64,000 nt of DNA from Lentisphaerota bacterium (GCA_021413965.1 JAIOPI010000019.1:4585-68584), one strand, 5' to 3'. Positions 1 to 9,636 are shown, counted from the first letter of the stretch. Notes: generated by a model not told the origin, from the sequence alone. Numbers and translations: made by a program.

Positions 1-282
1 GGCCACGGACTCGCCATAGGTCCCGTGCAGGCGCCGGCCCAGGCTGGCCGAGAACACGGACACCAGCACGAGGAAGAGATTGGTTCCCGTGAGGGTGGTG
101 CCGAGGAGGCGGTCGGAGTCCTTGAGGAACTCCTCGAGGATGTCGGCGCCGGGCTCGCCCTGGCGCGAGAAGTGGCGCAGGCGCATGCGGTGAATGGAGA
201 TGACGCCGGTTTCGATACCCGCGTAGAACGCGCAGCCGGCCATGCACAGCAGGATGAGCACGACTTGCAGGAGTTCAGTCAT
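1..282 (-). CDS. CNNM/DUF21-domain transporter (CorC/HlyC family), N-terminal part only; gene continues beyond window start
   Basis: Minus-strand translation from ATG at 280-282 gives MTELLQVVLILLCMAGCAFYAGIETGVISIHRMRLRHFSRQGEPG..., a typical DUF21 membrane N-terminus. The start overlaps the stop of the upstream CorC gene in an ATGA arrangement. Confidence 0.55.
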   Translation of the reverse strand, partial: MTELLQVVLILLCMAGCAFYAGIETGVISIHRMRLRHFSRQGEPGADILEEFLKDSDRLLGTTLTGTNLFLVLVSVFSASLGRRLHGTYGESVA

Positions 283-1534
283 GGCTCACCTCGGTTTCGT
301 CGACGGGGGGAGCCTCGATTTTCTCCAACAGGACCAGCGTGATGCGCCGGCGGCGCACGCGCTGGGCGGTGACGCGGCAGCCGTGGGCTTCGACCACGTC
401 GCCGGCCTTGGGAATGCGCTCGGCCTGGGCGAGGAACCAGCCCGCGATCCGGTCGGCGCCTTCGGCTTCGAGCGAGGTCTCGAGTTCGTAGTTCACGTCT
501 TCGAGACTGGCGCTGCCGTCGATCAGCCAGGCATTGGCGCGGACCTTCTGAATGGTGAGGCGCGGCTCGCCGTATTCCTCCAGGTCGGGGGCGATAACTT
601 CCAGGATGTCGCCGCGCGTGATCACGCCGGCGGTGCCGCCGAACTCATCCACGACAAACGCAACGCGGCGGTGTTCGCGCTGGAACTGCGCAAGCAGCGT
701 GTCGAGTGGGGCGGTCTCGGGCACGAAGACGGGCGGCAGCATGGCGTCGGCCAGCGTGGGCGATTCGGCGAGCAGGTAGCGCGGCACATCGAGAAAGCCC
801 TCGGGGTGATCCGGCGATCCGCGGTAAATGGGCAGGAACCGATAGATGACGCTGCGGGCAATCTCGCGGTGGCGCTCGGGCGGATCGTCCAGGTCCAGGC
901 CGACGAGGTCCACGCGCGGGGTCATCACGTCACTGGCCTGCGTTTCCTCGAGACGGATGATGCCTTCCACCATGGACTTCTCCTCGCGGTCGACGACGCC
1001 TTCTTCGGCGCCCACTTCGACCACGGTGCGGAATTCCTCCTCGGAGAGTGCTTTAACGCGGCCGGGGAGGTGTTTTTCGATGAAGCGGGTCACGTTTTCC
1101 ATGGCCACGCGGGCCGGTTTGAGCGCGACCAGCAGGATCCGTAAGGGCACTTGGTAGAACAGGGCCAGGCGCTCGGCCTGCAGCATGGCGAAGCGCTTGG
1201 GCGCCACCTCGCCGAACAGCAGCAGGAGGATGGTCATGACAGGAATGGACACGGCTTCGCCATAGTCCGGCAGCAACCGTTCGGCGATGGTAAACCCGAG
1301 GGCGGAGGCGCAGACGTTGACGATCGTATTGCCGATCAGGAGGGTGGAAAGCAGGTGCCGGGGCTTTGCCAGCAGGCGCTCCAGTTGGGTGCCGGCGTGC
1401 GGGTGAGCGCGCTGGAGGCGCCGGACCTGCAGGGAGTTGAGGGAGAAGAGGGCCGTCTCGGCGCTTGAGAAAAAAGCGGAGCACACGAGCAGCGCCAGCA
1501 GGATGGCGCCGGCGATTATGAGGGCCGTGGTCAT
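275..1534 (-). CDS. CorC/HlyC-family (CNNM) putative Mg2+/Co2+ efflux or hemolysin-like protein: DUF21 + CBS pair + CorC_HlyC C-terminal domain
   Basis: 419-aa ORF with an N-terminal multi-TM DUF21 region (LFGEVAPKRFA motif), a central CBS-pair region and the C-terminal transporter-associated domain. Confidence 0.8.
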   Translation of the reverse strand: MTTALIIAGAILLALLVCSAFFSSAETALFSLNSLQVRRLQRAHPHAGTQLERLLAKPRHLLSTLLIGNTIVNVCASALGFTIAERLLPDYGEAVSIPVMTILLLLFGEVAPKRFAMLQAERLALFYQVPLRILLVALKPARVAMENVTRFIEKHLPGRVKALSEEEFRTVVEVGAEEGVVDREEKSMVEGIIRLEETQASDVMTPRVDLVGLDLDDPPERHREIARSVIYRFLPIYRGSPDHPEGFLDVPRYLLAESPTLADAMLPPVFVPETAPLDTLLAQFQREHRRVAFVVDEFGGTAGVITRGDILEVIAPDLEEYGEPRLTIQKVRANAWLIDGSASLEDVNYELETSLEAEGADRIAGWFLAQAERIPKAGDVVEAHGCRVTAQRVRRRRITLVLLEKIEAPPVDETEVSHD

Positions 1535-2292
1535 GGTTGGGGGGGGGTGTCAACCGCGTTCACGTGCAGGCGGGTGCGCTGAACCGGTGGATAAGCCTGC
1601 ACCTCGAGATCCTTGATCATCCAGCGGTCGCCCTGCTTCTTCAGGCTGCGGACCCAGAGGCGACGCACGCGGATGCCGGCCGGGCTATAGGCCTCGGCCT
1701 GCATCAGCAGGGACAATTCCTGATCCACCCAGATGCGCACGAAGGCGTAGCGCACGGCATCGGAGGCGACGGTTTCCGCGGGGGCTGGCACGTCGAGGAT
1801 GTAGCAGGGCCGGCCGCGCACGCTGTCCGTGCCGGTGACCCGCGCCCCGGGCCACCACAGGAAGGCGAGGGAGAGATCGGTCCAGCTCAGGTCGGTTTGC
1901 TGGATGCGTGTGGTCAGCGCGGGGACGTCGGCCGGTGCCAGGGGCGAGCCCTTGGCGTAGCGCGCGCTGAGCTGGCCGCGGGCGGAGCGGCTCAGGGTGA
2001 GCTCCTCCAGGTCGGCGCCGAAGGTGTCGCGGATGGTGTAGCGTGCCGTGGCGGGCGTGGCGCCCCAGTCGAGGCGCATGGCGAAGCGCAGGGTGTTGAC
2101 CACCACGCCGCGCGGTTTCCGCGTGATGAGATCGCCTTCGATTTCAAGCGTCTCGCGGGGCAGGCGCGCCACGACGGCGTCGAGGATGGCCTGTGCGTCG
2201 GGCGTCGCGGGCGCCTCGTCGGCGTGCATGCGGGGGGACCCGGCGAGGAGAATCAGAACGAGCGCGCAGATGCCTGGCCGTGTCAGCTTCAA
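1531..2292 (-). CDS. secreted hypothetical protein, possible LolA-like / lipoprotein-sorting fold
   Basis: The ORF runs to 2376, but only a TTG at 2290-2292 precedes the signal peptide LKLTRPGICALVLILLAGSPRMHA and avoids overlapping the neighbouring gene. No known catalytic motif. The start is uncertain. Confidence 0.4.
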   Translation of the reverse strand: MKLTRPGICALVLILLAGSPRMHADEAPATPDAQAILDAVVARLPRETLEIEGDLITRKPRGVVVNTLRFAMRLDWGATPATARYTIRDTFGADLEELTLSRSARGQLSARYAKGSPLAPADVPALTTRIQQTDLSWTDLSLAFLWWPGARVTGTDSVRGRPCYILDVPAPAETVASDAVRYAFVRIWVDQELSLLMQAEAYSPAGIRVRRLWVRSLKKQGDRWMIKDLEVQAYPPVQRTRLHVNAVDTPPQP

Positions 2293-2305
2293 GCCTCTGC
2301 GACTC

Positions 2306-2605
2306 CTACCTGGCGGCGACGGATTCGGTTGAGGGGATGCCGTCGCTCTTGCTGATGGCGCGGTCGATGATCTCACGGAACTGGGTCAGGCCCGTGGCGG
2401 GAATGATGATGGCGTCGCGACGGCCGCCCACATCCTCCGTGACTTTGAGAAAGCGGCCGCGCGGATTTTCGCGCAGGTCGAAGGAAAAGATCTTTCGTTC
2501 GATCTGCACCTGTTCGCTGAAGAGTTCCTGGTCCACGACACGCCCCCGGTGGTGGTGCGCAGCCCCGGATTGCCCGTGCCGACCGCCACGTGAAGAATCT
2601 AGCAC
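2306..2605 (-). CDS. PUR-alpha-like single-stranded nucleic-acid-binding protein (bacterial PUR repeat / DUF3276-like)
   Basis: The segment KIFSFDLRENPRGRFLKVTEDVGGRRDAIIIPATGLTQFREII matches the PUR-repeat pattern (F-x-DL-x-EN-x-RG-x-FLKI-x-E ... ipa-gl-eF). The true start may lie internal to the 99-aa ORF. Confidence 0.5.
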   Translation of the reverse strand: MLDSSRGGRHGQSGAAHHHRGRVVDQELFSEQVQIERKIFSFDLRENPRGRFLKVTEDVGGRRDAIIIPATGLTQFREIIDRAISKSDGIPSTESVAAR

Positions 2606-2655
2606 TCGTCAAAAGATTGTCAATCTACGAAGGGGAATATTGGCGGGCGTCCCCG

Positions 2656-3450
2656 CTAGCGCGCGTCGAAACCGGGGCGCACGAAGGTGCGCGCCTTGGG
2701 GAATTCGCGCTCCGTCAGGCGGCGGAGGCGGGTCAGTTGCACGAGCAAATCCAGGATGGCATTCTCGGATGGCGGTAGGTGGGCGCACAGTCGGCCCCAG
2801 GCGGCAATGGAGTGATCCATGCCGAGCAGGGCCACCTTGGCGGAGCCGTCCGCGTCCGTCGGGTCGCCGGGATGCTCGGCCGGGGACGGCTCATGCAGCA
2901 GGGCGCGCATCAGTTTGGTGTGGATCTGGTGCTGGTGCCAGAGAATCACCTCCACGCCGTCCTCGATCGCGGCCGCATCGTGTTCGGGGCGGTGCCCCGT
3001 CAACGCCTCCGTGCGGATGGCGCGCCGCGCGCGCACCGTTTCCTGCACGAGCGGTTCATGGGCCCGAAACCAGGCGTCCACACGGTTCTCGTAGTCGCGG
3101 GAAAGTCGTGCCAGGGGATGGGTCTTGGTGGATTCGCGTCGCCGCGATGCTTCGCGTGTGTAGGCGTTCATCTCGGCCTCATCCAGATTGATGCCATGCT
3201 TGGCCGCCATCTCGCTCACCATCTTCAGCGTCTGGGACATCGTGTCGCCGAGTTCTTTCCAGAACAGGGAATCGCTCGCCGCGCCCGCGCCTGGGTGGCG
3301 GTGGCGTTCGCGCCGGGAATCGTAGATAGCGCAACGCGACGTCATGGCGCAGCGCTCGCACCAGCGGTCGCAGTAGTTGTAGATGCCAGGAATGGGTTTT
3401 GAATCGCCGGGACCGCGCGTGGGAGAATGCGAGTTTTTCATGTCGTCCAC
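2656..3450 (-). CDS. hypothetical protein with N-terminal CX3CX2C cysteine motif
   Basis: 264-aa ORF with a YCDRWCERCAMTSRC motif near the N-terminus. The rest of the protein resembles no family I recognise. Confidence 0.45.
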   Translation of the reverse strand: MDDMKNSHSPTRGPGDSKPIPGIYNYCDRWCERCAMTSRCAIYDSRRERHRHPGAGAASDSLFWKELGDTMSQTLKMVSEMAAKHGINLDEAEMNAYTREASRRRESTKTHPLARLSRDYENRVDAWFRAHEPLVQETVRARRAIRTEALTGHRPEHDAAAIEDGVEVILWHQHQIHTKLMRALLHEPSPAEHPGDPTDADGSAKVALLGMDHSIAAWGRLCAHLPPSENAILDLLVQLTRLRRLTEREFPKARTFVRPGFDAR

Positions 3451-3574
3451 TCACCAAAGGAAAGGCCATCCGGCGCGGATACGCAAGGTCATTTTGAGCA
3501 GGGGCGACGCATCTGGGGCTGGCAACGGGCGCGGTTTTTGGGTTAACTGCCCGGGGTTAGCAACGGGAGGACCC

Positions 3575-5008
3575 ATGGCAGCACCCGCATTGATCACCGA
3601 CGACTTTCTGCTCCAGACGAAGGCCGCGCGCCGGCTGTACCACGACTACGCGCGCGACCTGCCCATCATTGATTACCACTGTCACCTGCCGCCCGCGGAG
3701 ATTGCCGCGGACCGGCGCTACGCGAACATGACCGAGATCTGGCTGGCGGGCGACCATTACAAGTGGCGCGCGATGCGCACGAACGGCATCGCTGAGCGCT
3801 ACTGCACCGGCGATGCTCCGGCGTGGGATAAGTTTCAGAAGTGGGCGGAGACCGTGCCGCGGCTGTTGCGCAATCCCTTGTATCACTGGACACATCTCGA
3901 ATTGGCGCGCTACTTCGGCATATCCGACCGCCTGCTGGGCCCGGACACGGCAAAGGGCATCTGGGACGCCGGCAACGCGTGCCTGCAACAGCCGGATTTT
4001 TCATGCCGCGGGTTGATGACGCGCAGCAAGGTCGTGCTGGTCTGCACCACCGATGACCCGACGGATGCGCTGGACCACCACCGGTCCATCGCGGCTGACA
4101 GGTCCTTCGGCGTCCAAGTGCTGCCCACCTGGCGGCCGGACAAGGCGATGGCGGTGGAAGACCCGAATGCGTTCAATGCCTGGGTGGACCGTCTGGCCGC
4201 GGCGGCCAAGGTGGAGATCAACGGCTGGAGCGCGTTCCTGGATGCCTTGCGCAAGCGCCAGGGCGTCTTTCATGACGCCGGCTGCCGGCTCTCGGATCAT
4301 GGCCTGGAGACGGTATACGCGGAGCCTTACACGGAGGCCGCCATCAAGCGCATTTTCACGCGCGTACGCGGCGGCGAAGCCCCGAGCCGTGAGGACGCGC
4401 TGAAGATCAAGTCCGCTCTGCTCTACGAATTCGGGATCATGGACCATGCGCAAGGCTGGACCCAGCAGTTCCATCTCGGGGCCTTGCGCAACAACAACAC
4501 GCGCCTCTTCAAGAAGCTGGGACCGGACACGGGCTTCGATTCGATCGGGGATTTCGAGATTGGGCGCCCGCTGGCGAAGCTGCTGAACCGGCTGGACGAA
4601 ACCGATCAGCTTCCGCGCACGATTCTCTATAACCTGAATCCACGCGACAATGCGTTGATGGCCACACTGATCGGCAATTTCCAGGACGGCAGCGTGCCGG
4701 GCAAGATTCAGTGGGGCAGCGGCTGGTGGTTCCTTGACCAGAAGGACGGCATGGAGCAGCAGCTTGAGGCGCTGTCGCAGATGGGCCTGCTCAGCCGGTT
4801 CGTGGGCATGTTGACGGACAGTCGGTCATTCCTTTCGTACACGCGGCACGAGTATTTCCGGCGGATCTTCTGCAACCTGCTGGGGCGGGACATGGAGGGC
4901 GGCTTGATCCCGAACGACTTTGAGCTGGTTGGCGGGTTGGTGCGGGATGTGGGCTACAATAATGCCGCGCGGTACTTTGGGTTCAGCAAGGTGAGTCCGC
5001 TGGCGTAG
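3575..5008 (+). CDS. uxaC: glucuronate (uronate) isomerase
   Basis: Carries the UxaC signature IIDYHCHL and shows full-length similarity (477 aa). GGGAGG RBS sits 5 nt upstream of the ATG at 3575. Confidence 0.85.
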   Translation: MAAPALITDDFLLQTKAARRLYHDYARDLPIIDYHCHLPPAEIAADRRYANMTEIWLAGDHYKWRAMRTNGIAERYCTGDAPAWDKFQKWAETVPRLLRNPLYHWTHLELARYFGISDRLLGPDTAKGIWDAGNACLQQPDFSCRGLMTRSKVVLVCTTDDPTDALDHHRSIAADRSFGVQVLPTWRPDKAMAVEDPNAFNAWVDRLAAAAKVEINGWSAFLDALRKRQGVFHDAGCRLSDHGLETVYAEPYTEAAIKRIFTRVRGGEAPSREDALKIKSALLYEFGIMDHAQGWTQQFHLGALRNNNTRLFKKLGPDTGFDSIGDFEIGRPLAKLLNRLDETDQLPRTILYNLNPRDNALMATLIGNFQDGSVPGKIQWGSGWWFLDQKDGMEQQLEALSQMGLLSRFVGMLTDSRSFLSYTRHEYFRRIFCNLLGRDMEGGLIPNDFELVGGLVRDVGYNNAARYFGFSKVSPLA

Positions 5009-5075
5009 CGGGGGCGGAGGCCGGACATGTCCGCCCGAACCGGCGAGAGGCCGGCCCGGGACGGAAGCGGCGACT

Positions 5076-5735
5076 TCAGAACCAATAGTACTGCATCGAT
5101 ACGGAACCGAGGATGCCGTCGAGGTCTTCGGTGTTGTCATTGCTCTCGTCGGCTTCCTGGTAGCCGCCTTCAAAGATGAAGGTGAAGTCCGAGCGCATCT
5201 CGAATTCAATGCCGGCGGTCACCGCCAGCAGCACTTCCGAAAATGAATCTTCTTCCGGCTGCGGCAGGGCGGAGGAGAAGGTGCTGCGGTTGCGCCAAGT
5301 CAGCGCACCGCGCACGAACGGCGCAAAGGCATCTTCGGCCGGCGTCAGGCGCTGTTTGAGCGAGACCGTGGCCGCCTTGGCATCCTTGTCCTCGAGATCA
5401 CCCTGGTTATACCGCGTGTAGGTGCCGACGGCGGACGCGCTGGTGACGGGCAGCAGGTAGTACTTCAGGCCGATCCCGATCGTATAGGCCTCAATGTTAT
5501 CGGCACCGTCAGGAGAAATTTCGTCGTACCCACCGCCGAAAAGGATGGCCCAATCCTGGCGTTCAACCGCGGTCGCCGTCTCGCCCCACAGGCTGCCGCC
5601 GATGGAGTCCGCATCGTTCAAACTCGCAAGATTGAGAGAAACGGTGTCAATCATGCGGGCATCGCGATCGATCGCGTACGCGCCGACACACATGCCGAGT
5701 AGGATCGCCAAACCTGCCAAACCCGCCTTTTTCAT
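5076..5735 (-). CDS. outer-membrane beta-barrel protein (OmpA-like/OmpW-like small porin family)
   Basis: Starts MKKAGLAGLAILLGMCVGAYA (signal peptide) with a GGAGG RBS. Shows alternating amphipathic strands and ends in the aromatic C-terminus ...QYYWF typical of OMPs. Confidence 0.6.
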   Translation of the reverse strand: MKKAGLAGLAILLGMCVGAYAIDRDARMIDTVSLNLASLNDADSIGGSLWGETATAVERQDWAILFGGGYDEISPDGADNIEAYTIGIGLKYYLLPVTSASAVGTYTRYNQGDLEDKDAKAATVSLKQRLTPAEDAFAPFVRGALTWRNRSTFSSALPQPEEDSFSEVLLAVTAGIEFEMRSDFTFIFEGGYQEADESNDNTEDLDGILGSVSMQYYWF

Positions 5736-5805
5736 GTACTTTCTCCTTCCACGTGAGACGCTATGTAAGCCTCGCCGACCTGTCAAAGCAAAAAGCCCCC
5801 CCCCC

Positions 5806-6879
5806 TCAGCCTCCATGGGGCGCGGGACTTTCCGTAATGAGCCGTTTGCGGATCTCGGCCAGCGCCGCCGGCGATAGGCCAATCGAAAGCAGGTAGTGTT
5901 CCACCTGGCGGGTCAGATCCTGCGGATCGCCCCCGAAAGGCTTCAGCACTTCCAACAGGCTGAGGAACTGCTCGGAGGTCCAGGAGCGTTCTCCCCACAC
6001 GGAGAGTGTGGTCAGCTCGTAGTCGCGGATCAGGTGCTCGCGGCTCTTGCCCAGCAGCGCATTCAGGAGGAAGGCCACGGTGCCGCCGCGGTCCGCGCCG
6101 CCGACGCAGTGAAACAGGATCGGGTAGTTGGCCGGGTCGGCGAAGGTCTCGAAGATGCGCCGGTAGCCTTCGGCGAAGGCGACATCGCAAATGCAGTCAT
6201 AGGGCGAGATGGGGGCGTGAATCCAGCGCACTTTGACGGGATCCAGGGCCGGCGCGGCGCCTTCGTGCTCGCCGCGAAGGTCCAGGTCCGTGCGGATGCG
6301 CAGCTCGTCTTCCAGCACCTGCCGGCCGCGAGGCGTGACGCGCAGGTTGCCGTTCATCTCCGAGCTGCGATACACGAGCCCCTGTCGCACGCGCCGGTTG
6401 TGGGGCAGCGGCCACCCGCCGAGGTCGCGCACGTTGGTGACGCCGGGTACGCGAATCCAGCGTGGCGGAAGACTGTTGGTGACAAACCGCCAGACCGGCG
6501 ATTCCGCCACCACCTCCTGGCCATGGCGGGCGCGCACCGTCCAGTAATAGGGGGTCCCAATGAACAGGTGCCAGACCTCGATGGTGGGCTTCGACAGATC
6601 GCGCAGGACGATGGGGTTCTGGTCGAGGGTGGGCGTGGTGGCGAGCGTCAGGTCGTAGGTGACCGAGCGCCACCTCCAGGGCAGGCGCGTCCACGCAAAG
6701 GTCACAGGCTTGGGCACGCTGCGGTCCATGGCGACGACCTGCAGGTTTTCCCAAGCGCGAGCGCCGCCGCCGACGGGGTCAAGGTCCCCGGCCCCGTCGC
6801 TGTCCGTCGGCAGGTGGTGCCGTTGGAGCGGTTCCGTGACGGCGCCGTTGGCCGGTTCAAGCAGTTCGATGGAGTCCAT
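5806..6879 (-). CDS. protein tyrosine/Ser phosphatase (CX5R P-loop, Y_phosphatase3-like) with an N-terminal beta-sandwich domain
   Basis: P-loop FHCVGGADRGG (HCX5R). Starts MDSIELLEPANG; the upstream in-frame extension is likely non-coding. Confidence 0.7.
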   Translation of the reverse strand: MDSIELLEPANGAVTEPLQRHHLPTDSDGAGDLDPVGGGARAWENLQVVAMDRSVPKPVTFAWTRLPWRWRSVTYDLTLATTPTLDQNPIVLRDLSKPTIEVWHLFIGTPYYWTVRARHGQEVVAESPVWRFVTNSLPPRWIRVPGVTNVRDLGGWPLPHNRRVRQGLVYRSSEMNGNLRVTPRGRQVLEDELRIRTDLDLRGEHEGAAPALDPVKVRWIHAPISPYDCICDVAFAEGYRRIFETFADPANYPILFHCVGGADRGGTVAFLLNALLGKSREHLIRDYELTTLSVWGERSWTSEQFLSLLEVLKPFGGDPQDLTRQVEHYLLSIGLSPAALAEIRKRLITESPAPHGG

Positions 6880-7067
6880 GGTATGAGCGTCGCAAAGCGG
6901 GAATGGTATCCTTTTGGAGACGCCTGCACAAGGCGGGGGGGGGTGGGAAGCTGTTTGCGCCACCGCGCCACCGGGTTCACAAGATGCGCGGAAGAGGTTG
7001 TCAGTGGGCGGCGTGTTCGCTAGAGTGGCGGCGCTTGCCCAGCAGGGAACGGTGCGCGGACCCACTC

Positions 7068-7823
7068 ATGAGAGCACAACACGAATTGCTGTACAGTCGC
7101 ACGCGCGTGAAGCCTCGCTATGCGCTGCTACCGCTAGAAGGCGTTCCCTGTTCGCGCCTGCCGGCGTGGACGGACACCGAGGCCCGCGTCCTGGCGGCGC
7201 CCGTTCTCGGCGCCAGCTTCGTTGAGTACCTGCTCGACATGCGCGCCGGCGGCGGCACGCGCCACGAGGCCGACGGGCGGGTGGAAACGTTTGTTTACGT
7301 GCTGTCGGGCGCGGCCCGGCTGTCGATCGACGGCAAGCGCCAGCCCGCGCTCGCCGCCGGCGGCTATGCCTTGATTCCGCCGAACGCCGCCTTCGAGCTG
7401 GCGGCCAGCCGCGCGACGCAGGCGCTGCTGCTGCGGAAGGTGTACGAGCCGGCGCCGGGGATCGCCATGTTCAAGCCGCTCGTCGGCCAGGCGTCCAAGG
7501 TGAAGGGCGATGTTTATGGCGGCGATGCCGGCGCGCGCCTGCAACTGCTCATCCCGGACGATCTGGCCTACGATCTGGCGATGAACATCTTCACGTTCGA
7601 AACCGGGCACAGCCTCCCCTATGTGGAAACCCATGTGATGGAGCACGGCCTGTATGTTCTGCAGGGCAAAGGGCTGTACTATCTGGATGACACGTGGATG
7701 GAGGTCGAGGCCACCGACTTCATCTGGATGGGGCCCTACGTTCCGCAGAGCTACTACGCCACCGGTCCCGTGGCCAGTCGCTACATCTACTACAAGAACG
7801 TGAATCGCGAGATCGCGCTGTAG
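7068..7823 (+). CDS. allE: (S)-ureidoglycine aminohydrolase (bicupin)
   Basis: 251-aa bicupin of AllE/YlbA length; sits in a urate/allantoin catabolic cluster. Confidence 0.6.
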   Translation: MRAQHELLYSRTRVKPRYALLPLEGVPCSRLPAWTDTEARVLAAPVLGASFVEYLLDMRAGGGTRHEADGRVETFVYVLSGAARLSIDGKRQPALAAGGYALIPPNAAFELAASRATQALLLRKVYEPAPGIAMFKPLVGQASKVKGDVYGGDAGARLQLLIPDDLAYDLAMNIFTFETGHSLPYVETHVMEHGLYVLQGKGLYYLDDTWMEVEATDFIWMGPYVPQSYYATGPVASRYIYYKNVNREIAL

Positions 7824-7829
7824 GTACGC

Positions 7830-9056
7830 GTGACCATCAACGCCGAACGCATCGCCCGCGACATTGAAGCCATTGGCGGCTTCAGCGAAACGCCGCCGGA
7901 CGTGGGATTCAGCCGTCCGACCTTCACGCCGGCGTGGCGCATGGCCCGGGATTACGTCATCGCGGAAGCCCGCCAGGCCGGCTGCCAGGTGCGCATCGCC
8001 CCCACGGGCAACGTGCATGCGCGCCCGGCCTCGATCGCCTGGGAGACGCCCGTATGGCTGAGCGGCTCGCACGTCGACTCGGTCCCGACGGGCGGGAAGT
8101 TTGATGGCGTGGCGGGCGTGGTGGCGCCGCTGGAAGTCCTGCGCGCGCATCCCGAAGCACCGCTCGAGCTGATCATCTTCGCCGAAGAGGAAGGCACAAC
8201 CTTCAACCTGGGCATGCTGGGCAGCCGGGCCTGGACCGGCACGTTGACGGTGGCGCATTTGGCCGGGTTAAGCAACCGCGACGGCGTGAGCCCGCTCGAT
8301 GCGGGGCGTCCGTACGGCGTCGATGCGGCCGCCATGGTTCACGAGCGCCTGGATCCCCGCGGCTATCGCGGGTTGATCGAACTGCACGTTGAGCAGGGGC
8401 CCGCGATGTGGAAGGCAGGGCAGCGCGTGGCGGTCGTGACCGCGATTCACGGGCGGCGGCAGTATCGCGTGCACCTGATGGGCACGCCGAATCATGCCGG
8501 GTCCACCAAGATGGACGATCGGGCCGACGCGCTTGCCGCCGCCGCCGCCATCATGACCGGGCTGGAGGCTCTCGCGCAGCGGCTGTCATCCCGGCAGGAC
8601 CACACGGTGATCACGGTCGGGCAACTCGTGGTCCTGCCCAACGCGATCAACGTCATTCCCGGCGAGGTGACGTTCACGATCGATTTTCGTGCCAGCACCA
8701 ACGCGATGCTCGAGCTGGGACATGACGGTATCGGCCAGCTGATCAAGGCGGAGTCCGCGCGGCGCGGCATCTGCGCGGAGTGGGCGGCGACGGAGTCGCT
8801 CGCGGCCGTGCCGCTGGATGCCGGGCTGTGTGAGCGCCTGCGCGCCGCGGCGCGCCAGGTGGGGGTCGACCCGCTGCCGGAAGCGGCGAGCGGTGCGCTG
8901 CATGATGCGGCCATCCTGGCGCCGCTGTTGCCGACCGCCATGATCTTCGTCGCGAGCCGGGATGGGATCAGTCACAATCCGGCCGAGTTCAGCCGTCCCG
9001 AGGATGTGGCGCTGGGCGCGGAGATCCTGGCGGCCTGCGTGAACGGTGCCGCGTGA
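7830..9056 (+). CDS. allC: allantoate amidohydrolase (M20 peptidase family; N-carbamoyl-amino-acid hydrolase-like)
   Basis: GTG start. Shows an M20/AllC metal-ligand pattern (HVDSV, EEEG, dimerisation domain). Neighbours allantoinase. Confidence 0.75.
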   Translation: MTINAERIARDIEAIGGFSETPPDVGFSRPTFTPAWRMARDYVIAEARQAGCQVRIAPTGNVHARPASIAWETPVWLSGSHVDSVPTGGKFDGVAGVVAPLEVLRAHPEAPLELIIFAEEEGTTFNLGMLGSRAWTGTLTVAHLAGLSNRDGVSPLDAGRPYGVDAAAMVHERLDPRGYRGLIELHVEQGPAMWKAGQRVAVVTAIHGRRQYRVHLMGTPNHAGSTKMDDRADALAAAAAIMTGLEALAQRLSSRQDHTVITVGQLVVLPNAINVIPGEVTFTIDFRASTNAMLELGHDGIGQLIKAESARRGICAEWAATESLAAVPLDAGLCERLRAAARQVGVDPLPEAASGALHDAAILAPLLPTAMIFVASRDGISHNPAEFSRPEDVALGAEILAACVNGAA

Positions 9057-9123
9057 TGTGGCGCGCGTGGAGCCGGCGGGGTGGGTGCGGCGTGCACTCG
9101 AGACGTTGAAGCGTGGAACCAGC

Positions 9124-9633
9124 ATGCGCCTGCAGGATCTCAATACCCTGTCGCGGGACGCCTTTGCGGCGGCCTGTGGCGGGCTCTTCGAGCACTCACC
9201 CTGGATTGCCGCGCGCGCGTGGGACCGGCGGCCGTTTGACAGCGTCACCGCACTGCACGCGGCGCTCGTGGCCACGGTGGCGGCGGCGGCGCCCGCCGAG
9301 CAACTTGGCCTGATCGCCGCGCATCCGGATCTGGTTGGACGGCTGGCGCGCGAGGGGCGGGTGACGCGCGAAAGCGCGGTGGAGCAGCGTGCCGCCGGAC
9401 TGACGGGGCTCACGGAGGCTGAAATTGCGGCCTTCGAGCGGTACAATGCGCAGTACCGGGAGCGGTTTGGCTTTCCCTTTGTCGTGTGCGCGAGGGAGAA
9501 TCGGAAGGAGGCCATCCTGGCGGCTTTTCCGGTGCGCCTGACTCACACGCGCGATGCGGAAATGGCCACGGCGCTGGCGGAGATCGCCAAGATCGCGCGT
9601 CTGCGCTTGAACGACCTGGTGACGGAGGGCTGA
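9124..9633 (+). CDS. uraD: 2-oxo-4-hydroxy-4-carboxy-5-ureidoimidazoline (OHCU) decarboxylase
   Basis: 169 aa with the typical LNxL...CGGxxxWA N-terminus and conserved ...HPDL...FPFVVC... blocks. Confidence 0.7.
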   Translation: MRLQDLNTLSRDAFAAACGGLFEHSPWIAARAWDRRPFDSVTALHAALVATVAAAAPAEQLGLIAAHPDLVGRLAREGRVTRESAVEQRAAGLTGLTEAEIAAFERYNAQYRERFGFPFVVCARENRKEAILAAFPVRLTHTRDAEMATALAEIAKIARLRLNDLVTEG

Positions 9634-9636
9634 GGG

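Noticed and set aside
25-342. 105-aa plus-strand ORF at window start
   Set aside because: It overlaps two CNNM-family genes on the minus strand, which show a convincing DUF21 N-terminus and ATGA coupling. Its composition is consistent with an antisense artefact.
1537-2355. Long ORFs antisense to confirmed genes (e.g. 1537-2355+, 5896-7023+, 7134-8258-, 15181-16320-, 15852-18062-, 18631-21522+, 54948-58127+, 58251-60527+, 60787-62526+)
   Set aside because: They are typical GC-rich antisense open frames. Translations are Arg/Ala/Gly/Pro-rich with no domain signatures, and each fully overlaps a gene with strong family support on the other strand.
2656-3450. Radical-SAM enzyme call for the CX3CX2C protein
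   Set aside because: Apart from the cysteine spacing, none of the radical-SAM core blocks (GGE motif, ribose/SAM-binding strands) are recognisable, so it is left as hypothetical.
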